A stretch of DNA of 64,000 bases from Faecousia sp. GTDB taxonomy: Bacteria > Bacillota > Clostridia > Oscillospirales > Oscillospiraceae. The stretch lies in the NCBI GenBank assembly GCA_045649665.1, contig JAZRQK010000046.1, positions 10,730 through 74,729 of the forward strand, in the 5' to 3' direction. The notes under the pieces are model-generated. The model did not search any database. It had not been told where the DNA came from and saw nothing but the letters and a program-made list of their open reading frames with translations. The number at the start of each line of letters is the position of its first letter. The stretch's first letter is position 1. The translations under genes were made by a program, and so were the position numbers. This document shows, piece after piece, positions 57,778 through 64,000 of this stretch.

Positions 57778-58245
57778 ATGCAGCAAATTGATCCAGCAAA
57801 AGCCGCTCGGGTATGGGAGCGTGTAAAGGGCGAAACACCCCAGCAGCCACCGGAATCGGGACTGACAGAGCTGATCGCTCAGGAGTGGACGGACAGTGAA
57901 ACATATTTACAGCTTTCCCGCCGTTTTCGGGGTAAGGACAACGCCGTTTTACGCAAAATGTATGACGAGGAGCAGGCACATACCGCTTGTCTGAAAGGAA
58001 TCTACACCCTGATCACCGGGCGCCGTCCCGTGGTCCGGGCGATCCCGCCCATCCCGGGGGATGTGGAACAGGTCTTGCGGCGGTGTTATGGCAGAGAAAT
58101 GCAAAGTCTTGCCCGGTACGAGGCTCGCGCCGCAGACCCGGAATACGGACAGATTTTCGCCCGGATGGCACAGCAGGAACGGGAGCATTGCCGCATGCTA
58201 TTAGAGCTTTTGGGACGTCTGAACAAGCGGGATATGGGTAAATAA
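57778..58245 (+). CDS. Ferritin/rubrerythrin-like four-helix protein
   Basis: E......Y...EEQAH and E......Y...QEREH repeats. Confidence 0.7.
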   Translation: MQQIDPAKAARVWERVKGETPQQPPESGLTELIAQEWTDSETYLQLSRRFRGKDNAVLRKMYDEEQAHTACLKGIYTLITGRRPVVRAIPPIPGDVEQVLRRCYGREMQSLARYEARAADPEYGQIFARMAQQEREHCRMLLELLGRLNKRDMGK

Positions 58246-58285
58246 AAACATCCCCAGCCCTTAAAAAGGCTGGGGATGCTCCAAT

Positions 58286-58966
58286 TTATGTTGATTTGAG
58301 TACGCTCTCTGAAAATTCCGACAGAACGACAACCGCCTCTGCGCCCCGCTTTTTCGCAAGCATATGGGCGGCATCACCGATTTTTGGCGCACGGGTAGTC
58401 AGGTTATGGCAGTCAGAGCCGAGGAAATGAACGAGCCCTTTGTCGAACATCCCCAGTGCCCACAGACGACTGCTCCAATCCTTAAATACATCTGCATTAA
58501 ACTGGAACAGCACATCCTGCTCCGCCAGCCGCTTATAGTAACGGTTAAACTGGCTGCGGTAGCGATCCACATGCGCCAGCACCGGTTGCAGACCTTGCTG
58601 CGCCGGGATCTCGCAGATCTCCTGCACCATGCGCTCCGTCCACTGTCCAAAAGGCATTTCCACCAGCACCAGCTTGGTATCGCCGATACAGAGCGCCGGC
58701 AGCGCCGCACTGCGGCTCATGCCGTCAAAGTATGCCACCTCTGCGCCCACCAGCACCTGCATAGCGGTTTCCGGCAGCTGCGCCATCGCCTCCGCCCGGC
58801 ATTGCAAAAACTCCTCCGGGTTGTGCTTATCGGCATAGAAATGGGGTGTTGCCACCACAGTGGTAACACCTTGCTCTGCCAGCATATCCAACATCACGGC
58901 GGACATGGCAACATCTGCGCTGCCATCGTCCATGCCGGGGAGTATATGGCTATGTAAATCAATCAC
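58286..58966 (-). CDS. CpsB/CapC-type PHP tyrosine phosphatase
   Basis: IDLHSHILPG.DDGS, ATPH, GAEV, LAHVDRY, GSDCH. Confidence 0.92.
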   Translation of the reverse strand: MIDLHSHILPGMDDGSADVAMSAVMLDMLAEQGVTTVVATPHFYADKHNPEEFLQCRAEAMAQLPETAMQVLVGAEVAYFDGMSRSAALPALCIGDTKLVLVEMPFGQWTERMVQEICEIPAQQGLQPVLAHVDRYRSQFNRYYKRLAEQDVLFQFNADVFKDWSSRLWALGMFDKGLVHFLGSDCHNLTTRAPKIGDAAHMLAKKRGAEAVVVLSEFSESVLKST

Positions 58967-58995
58967 GGGATTTCACCTCCCGATAATTATAGCAT

Positions 58996-59031
58996 AAAAA
59001 AAGACGGAGCGCAACCACGCTCCGTCTTTTT
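58996..59031 (-). terminator. Terminator after the ABC permease
   Basis: aaaaagacggagcg...cgctccgtcttttt. Confidence 0.8.
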
Positions 59032-59033
59032 GC

Positions 59034-60650
59034 TCATTGCAGTTCCTCGATGGCGGCAAGATTGGCTTTCTCATGCTTTTCCAGAGAACGCTTGAGAATA
59101 AATGCCAAGGTCTTTTCACCCAGGTTCAGCGCCAAAATCAGCAAGGACACCAGCGCTGTACCCTCAATAAAGGACTGGCTCTCCAACTGAGGGATCACCA
59201 GCGCCAAAGGCATGGTGCGGAAGTTCACCAGGAAGGATACCGCAGAAATGGTGATCATGCCGTTGACGAAGTAGTAGCTGTACATTTCCACAATAGTGGA
59301 CATGGTGCAAGGCACATACACGTGCATCAGCATCCGCATACGGCTGATGCCCAAAGACTGCGCCACATCCTCCAAATTGGGGTTGAACTTGCTCAAACTG
59401 TTATACGCCAGCAAGTAGGGTGAGGAGAAGAAGTGGACGATATTTACCAGCACCAGAATAAAAATGGTGGAATAAATGGGGACATTCTTAAATGTCAGCA
59501 CAAAGCTAAGGCCCAACACCACGCCGGGAATCGCCAAAGACAGCATACTGATAAAGTGGGTGACCTTGTTGCTGACGCTCTTGCCGGAACGAGCGGTAAT
59601 ATAGGCGGCAAAGTAGGACAGGCAAGTACCTACCAGCGCCGTCAGCAGCGCAATCGCCATAGAGTTGACGAAGTACATGCCCAGACCGGTACGCATCAGC
59701 TTCTCCACCGTATCGAAGGAGAGGGACATATCGATGGGATACTGCTTGACAAAGCTCAGGCAAATAAACGCCACGATAGGCAGGCACAATAAAAGCAGCA
59801 CCACGCCAAAGCAGACATACACCAAAATATCCCGGGTCTTGTTTTCCTCGATCTGATAGGGCTTGGTAACGGTGCTGGCAGAGCCGGCAGCGCCGGACTT
59901 GCGCAAATCCATCAAGAATGCGATCACCGCAGGCAGCAGCAAGATCACACCTACCACAGCGCCACTGTTGAAGTTCATCATACCGATGACTTCCCGGTAC
60001 ATGTACACCGGCAAGGTCATGGAAGTACCGCCGGTCATCAGGGGTACACCGTAGTCGGTAAAGACCATGGTGAACACCGCCAGAATAGCAGACACCACTG
60101 TGCGCTGCATACCGGGCAAGGTAATGGTCATAAACTGCTGCCACTTGGAAAGTCCCAGCACACCTGCTGCCTCGTAGATGGTGAAGTCCTCGTACTGGAA
60201 AGAGTCGTAGAACATCAGGAAAGACACCGGGAACGAGTATAGCACAGAGCCCATAACGATGCCCTTGTAGCCATAAAGGCCGATGTTCAGACCCAGCAGA
60301 TTGGTCACCAGACCGTTATCGCCGAACAACAGCACCAGACCCATACCATGGGAGATACTGGGGATCAGCATCGGCACGGTGAACAGCACCACAAACACCG
60401 CCTTAAAGCGGATGTTGGAGCGGCAAAGCATAAATGCCAGCACAAAGCTCAATGCCACCGAGATCGCAGTCGCCATCAGGGTCGTCACCACAGAGTTGGT
60501 GAGCATGGGCAAAAACTGCGCGGAAGTCAGCACCGAGGAGATATGCTCTCCACGGATACCGCTGAACAGGTTGACGATGGGCAACACCACCGTCACCGCC
60601 AAATATACCAAAAGCAGGTATTTCAGCGAATAAAAGCTTCTATTTTTCAT
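59034..60650 (-). CDS. ABC importer permease with two fused domains (FbpB/PhnV-like)
   Basis: Two EAA-like loops (YEAAGVLG, LEDVAQSLG). Confidence 0.9.
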   Translation of the reverse strand: MKNRSFYSLKYLLLVYLAVTVVLPIVNLFSGIRGEHISSVLTSAQFLPMLTNSVVTTLMATAISVALSFVLAFMLCRSNIRFKAVFVVLFTVPMLIPSISHGMGLVLLFGDNGLVTNLLGLNIGLYGYKGIVMGSVLYSFPVSFLMFYDSFQYEDFTIYEAAGVLGLSKWQQFMTITLPGMQRTVVSAILAVFTMVFTDYGVPLMTGGTSMTLPVYMYREVIGMMNFNSGAVVGVILLLPAVIAFLMDLRKSGAAGSASTVTKPYQIEENKTRDILVYVCFGVVLLLLCLPIVAFICLSFVKQYPIDMSLSFDTVEKLMRTGLGMYFVNSMAIALLTALVGTCLSYFAAYITARSGKSVSNKVTHFISMLSLAIPGVVLGLSFVLTFKNVPIYSTIFILVLVNIVHFFSSPYLLAYNSLSKFNPNLEDVAQSLGISRMRMLMHVYVPCTMSTIVEMYSYYFVNGMITISAVSFLVNFRTMPLALVIPQLESQSFIEGTALVSLLILALNLGEKTLAFILKRSLEKHEKANLAAIEELQ

Positions 60651-60651
60651 A

Positions 60652-61422
60652 TCAGTCCCGTCCCGTATAGCGCAGCAGATCTGTATACTTCTTGTCCAGC
60701 TGCTCCACTACGAAGGAGCGCACATAATCGCTGGCAGGCTTCTGATAGATATTCAGCGGCGTGTCCAGCTGCTCTACATTGCCCTCGTCCATGACCATGA
60801 TCCGGTCGGAGAGGAAAAATGCCTCCTCCTGATCGTGGGTGATGAACAGCATGGTTGCGTTGAACTTCTTTTGCAGGGACTTCAGCTCTGCCTTCATGAT
60901 CTCACGGTTGGTGACATCCAAAGCAGAAATGGGCTCATCCAGCAGGATGATATCCGGGTTGGTCGCCAAGGTGCGGGCGATGGCCACACGCTGCTGCTGA
61001 CCGCCGGAGAGCTGGTTGGGACGCTTGTGCATCTGATCGGTCAGACCCACCTGCTCGATGGTATGCATGGCGATTTCCCGGGCCTGCTTCTTGGTCTGGG
61101 GATTCAGGGTCAGGGCATACTCCACGTTCTGCAGGACGGTCATGTTGGGGAACAGTGCGTAGTTCTGGAACACGATGCCCATGCCACGCCGGGAGGAGGG
61201 CAGCCTGGAGATCTCCTGCTCGCCCTTGAGGATCTGACCCTCGTCAGCGGATTCCAGGCCGATAAGGATACGCAGAAGTGTGGTCTTGCCGCAGCCGGAA
61301 GGACCGAGAATGGAAAGGAATTCACCTTCCATCAGATCAAAATTCAGATTATTCAGTACTTTCTTGCCGTCAAAGCTTTTGTTCAAGTCGCGGACACTGA
61401 GTTTCGGTCTTAATACTTCCAT
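60652..61422 (-). CDS. ABC importer ATP-binding subunit
   Basis: GPSGCGKT, VFQNYALFP, LSGGQQQR, THDQEEA. Confidence 0.94.
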   Translation of the reverse strand: MEVLRPKLSVRDLNKSFDGKKVLNNLNFDLMEGEFLSILGPSGCGKTTLLRILIGLESADEGQILKGEQEISRLPSSRRGMGIVFQNYALFPNMTVLQNVEYALTLNPQTKKQAREIAMHTIEQVGLTDQMHKRPNQLSGGQQQRVAIARTLATNPDIILLDEPISALDVTNREIMKAELKSLQKKFNATMLFITHDQEEAFFLSDRIMVMDEGNVEQLDTPLNIYQKPASDYVRSFVVEQLDKKYTDLLRYTGRD

Positions 61423-62390
61423 ATTGCAAGCAGCCTCTCTTTCTCTTTGTCATCCTGAATGCCGGTCATATCCGCATAGGCGATATTCTCCGGGTAGTTG
61501 GGGATCAAATTCTGCTGGCCGGCGTAGATCGCCTCGGGAGAGAAATTCTCCTTATCATATACCAGGAATTGGTTGATAATATAATCGTAGACCTCTGCAA
61601 CACCTGTCTTCTGTGCGTGACCCTGCACTATGGCCGTGCCGGTCAGAGAGTAGGGAGAGCCAGTCTCGGGGAAGACAATGTCAAAGGGCTGACCGTCGTT
61701 GCGCTCGGTGACTGCCTGGAAGGTCAGCGCCAGTCCGATGGCCACCTCGCCCTGCTTCAACAGCTTGATGGGGCCGGAGCCGGACTCGGTGAACTGCTTG
61801 ATGTTGCCGTACAGCTTATCCACATAGGCAATGGTGGCATCCTCACCCCACATGTTCACCCAGTTCTTATAGAAGAAGTAGCCTGTGCCGGAGGATTTGG
61901 GGTCGGGCATTGCCACAAGCCCCTTGTATTCCGGCTTCAGCAGATCCTCGTAGGTCTTGGGCGCTTCCAGTCCGTGCTTCTTCAGGATCTCCGTGTTCAC
62001 CACGATAGCGCCAGCCTGCCGCTCCCAAGTGACCCAGAGGTTATGATTGTCGGCGGGGGTGACGCCCTCCATATAGTCGATCTTGCTCAGACCGGAGATG
62101 TCCTCCAGAGAGCCTTTGATCTTGTTCAGATAGCCGGTCTCCAGACCTGCCACGATATCCACCTCGGACTTTGCGCCCTCGGCGTAGATCTTTGCCGCAG
62201 CCTTGCCGGTGGACATGTACATAACGATCACATTGTATTGGGGAAACTGTTCGTCCAGCTGGCTCTGCAGCTCATCGTTGCGGAACTGCTCCAGACTGGA
62301 GCAGATCACGATGCTCTCCTTGCCGCCGAAATCCGCCAGCAGGGTAAAGCCAATGGTCAGCACCAACAGCAAAGCAATCCATTTTTTCAT
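61410..62390 (-). CDS. ABC substrate-binding protein (AfuA/PhnS-like)
   Basis: Signal peptide; STG, PKTYEDLL.P.YKG...MPDPKSSGTG, SGSGP. Confidence 0.88.
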   Translation of the reverse strand: MKKWIALLLVLTIGFTLLADFGGKESIVICSSLEQFRNDELQSQLDEQFPQYNVIVMYMSTGKAAAKIYAEGAKSEVDIVAGLETGYLNKIKGSLEDISGLSKIDYMEGVTPADNHNLWVTWERQAGAIVVNTEILKKHGLEAPKTYEDLLKPEYKGLVAMPDPKSSGTGYFFYKNWVNMWGEDATIAYVDKLYGNIKQFTESGSGPIKLLKQGEVAIGLALTFQAVTERNDGQPFDIVFPETGSPYSLTGTAIVQGHAQKTGVAEVYDYIINQFLVYDKENFSPEAIYAGQQNLIPNYPENIAYADMTGIQDDKEKERLLAIWKY

Positions 62391-62400
62391 AGCGTACCTC

Positions 62401-63294
62401 TTATTTGTATGCTTTGTCCAGCTTCTTCAGATCGGAGTAGTTGTCAATCTCAATAACATCCTCAAAGGAGCATTCCCGGACCTCTACCTGATAATTGTCC
62501 TGGCAGTACCGTAGGGAAACCTCGTCCCAGTAGCGCTCCTTGCCGCCGGGCGTCTCATAGACCTTCTTGATATCTTCATACAGTCTTGCGCCGTCGTCGG
62601 CAGTCCAGTAGGAAATGCCGTACATATGGTGGCAATCTGTGCCGCCCACCTTGACCTTGGTGATCAGCCGGTTCTTGGTCTCGAAGCACCAGTCGTCGGT
62701 GTAATCCACCTTTACGCCCAGATAGTTGGATGTGAACTGATACTTGGTGATCAGCTTGGGATTATACAGCACCAGGTCCGCCTCCAGCACATAGGTATTC
62801 TGCAGCAAATGCCGCACGCACATAGCCGAGGAGATGTTGTTGGCTTCATTGTAAATGGGGTTCTCGATGAATTTGATCGTGGGGTACTTGTAGTGCAGCT
62901 GGTCGAACTGCTCGCCCAGATAGCCACGGACCACATAGATTTCCTCAATGCCTGCCGCCACCACTGCATCCAGCAGCGTGTCGATCATCCGCACGCCGTT
63001 GACACGCACCAGGGGCTTGGGGGTGTTCAGGGTGATGGGCACCAGGCGGGAGCCGAAGCCTGCGGCAATGAACACCGCCCGCTTTACCCGGTAAGGCTCC
63101 AAAGCCTGCAGGCCAGCGGGGGTGATGGTATTGTTTTTGGTATAGCCCAGCTCGTTCAGGGCGGTCATGGTGCGGTTCACAGAACCTACAGACATGCCGG
63201 TTGCATCGGCGACCTCCCGCTGGGTACGGCACTGACCCTGCTCCAGGCAGGTCAAAATATCAAACTGTTTCCTGTTCAGATTGGTTGCGCTCAT
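62401..63294 (-). CDS. wHTH-LicC fusion (choline-phosphate cytidylyltransferase-like)
   Basis: TQREVA...MSVGSVNR HTH; AAGFGSRL.PIT..TPKPL, NNISS, GISYW, YWD, EID. Confidence 0.88.
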   Translation of the reverse strand: MSATNLNRKQFDILTCLEQGQCRTQREVADATGMSVGSVNRTMTALNELGYTKNNTITPAGLQALEPYRVKRAVFIAAGFGSRLVPITLNTPKPLVRVNGVRMIDTLLDAVVAAGIEEIYVVRGYLGEQFDQLHYKYPTIKFIENPIYNEANNISSAMCVRHLLQNTYVLEADLVLYNPKLITKYQFTSNYLGVKVDYTDDWCFETKNRLITKVKVGGTDCHHMYGISYWTADDGARLYEDIKKVYETPGGKERYWDEVSLRYCQDNYQVEVRECSFEDVIEIDNYSDLKKLDKAYK

Positions 63295-63365
63295 CTTTAT
63301 ATCTCCGTTCTTTCTCTTTGTTTGGAACTGTGCCTTTCGGAAAATACCAGTCATTTCCGTTTGGT

Positions 63366-63411
63366 TTTGTTCAATCTGCGATATGATATCACAATTTTGG
63401 AACAAAGTCAA
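63366..63411 (-). promoter_or_regulatory. sigA promoter with overlapping inverted repeat (putative operator)
   Basis: TTGACT-N17-TATCAT; tttgttc...gatat-g-atatc...gaacaaa. Confidence 0.55.
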
Positions 63412-63427
63412 GGCTTTTCGCCAGTGC

Positions 63428-63457
63428 AAAACAGCAGACGGAGTCCGTCTGCTGTTT
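63428..63457 (-). terminator. Terminator after the GNAT gene
   Basis: aaacagcagacgga/tccgtctgctgttt. Confidence 0.75.
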
Positions 63458-63460
63458 CTG

Positions 63461-63961
63461 TTAAATATTTTCCTTTGATACGGCGTACCAGATAAAGTCC
63501 CAGAGCTGTTCCGGCGTGTAGGCGCTAAGAATATGCGCCGGTACGTTTTCTGTCCGGGGATAGCCGTTTTTATCGTAGAAACGCACTGCCCGGGCATTCT
63601 GACGGGAGACGCACCAATAGATCGTGTCCAGACCCAATTTCCGCAGACCGTGTTCCAAAATAGCCGCCATGCCGAATTTGGAATAGCCTTTTCCCATGGC
63701 GCAGCCGCGGACAGTAATGGCAAACTCCGCCGTACCGTCATGGATGTGCTTCAGGCTAACTGTGCCCATATATTCGTCATTGTCGTCGGCTACCACCAAG
63801 TGCAGGTCTGTGTCTGTTTCGTTTGCCCAAACGATAAATTTCTCGCAGTCAGCAAGGGTCTTATCCCGGAAATTGGTCGCCAGATGAAAGACCACGCTCT
63901 CATCGTGCATCCATTCCAACATCAGCGGCGCATCCCGCTGTTCCAAAGCTCGCAGTTTCAT
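63461..63961 (-). CDS. GNAT (RimJ/SpeG-like) N-acetyltransferase
   Basis: MKLRAL...D, GTVSL, AMGKGY, N.RAVRFY.KNG. Confidence 0.88.
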   Translation of the reverse strand: MKLRALEQRDAPLMLEWMHDESVVFHLATNFRDKTLADCEKFIVWANETDTDLHLVVADDNDEYMGTVSLKHIHDGTAEFAITVRGCAMGKGYSKFGMAAILEHGLRKLGLDTIYWCVSRQNARAVRFYDKNGYPRTENVPAHILSAYTPEQLWDFIWYAVSKENI

Positions 63962-64000
63962 TCCAATTCCTCCAAAATTCGATGGATCACCGTGTCCGCT
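63958..64000 (-). CDS. C-terminal fragment of an upstream gene (...ADTVIHRILEELE*)
   Basis: Open frame ending in an ATGA overlap with the GNAT start. Confidence 0.4.
   Translation of the reverse strand, partial: ADTVIHRILEELE

Noticed and set aside
63295-63741. N-terminal extension of the licC ORF given in the ORF track
   Set aside because: It runs through a promoter, a terminator and the GNAT gene; the real start is likely the ATG at 63294 after ggag

Overview
Chromosomal DNA from a spore-forming Clostridia-class Firmicute, most likely an Oscillospiraceae-type gut or rumen organism (inferred from the SASP gene, yabM-hup-yabO and recJ-relA-dtd-hemZ synteny). It holds about 65 CDSs, one initiator tRNA and many Rho-independent terminators. 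I see no CRISPR array, IS element or prophage. Housekeeping blocks: ftsH, rlmB, dapB, hup, relA, recJ, ruvCAB. Accessory blocks: a divergent sugar-phosphate locus (rpe, FGGY kinase, SIS isomerase / archaeal-type TIM, YjbQ), a BKACE-PanE pair, a Wzy-type polysaccharide operon (13.4-24.5 kb), an Etf-lactate dehydrogenase trio plus a class III CoA-transferase, and an HTH-LicC fusion with an ABC importer. The best candidate for an undescribed system is the polysaccharide operon, which embeds an intact D-Ala-D-Ala ligase overlapping a TupA-like ATP-grasp ligase and suggests a D-amino-acid peptide-decorated glycan. Other strong leads are a multi-hairpin ncRNA candidate (about 450-620), a catalytically dead P1B-ATPase-like membrane protein after rlmB, a degenerate amidohydrolase and three unannotated small ORFs. 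All protein calls come from motif recognition by eye; no database searches were run.
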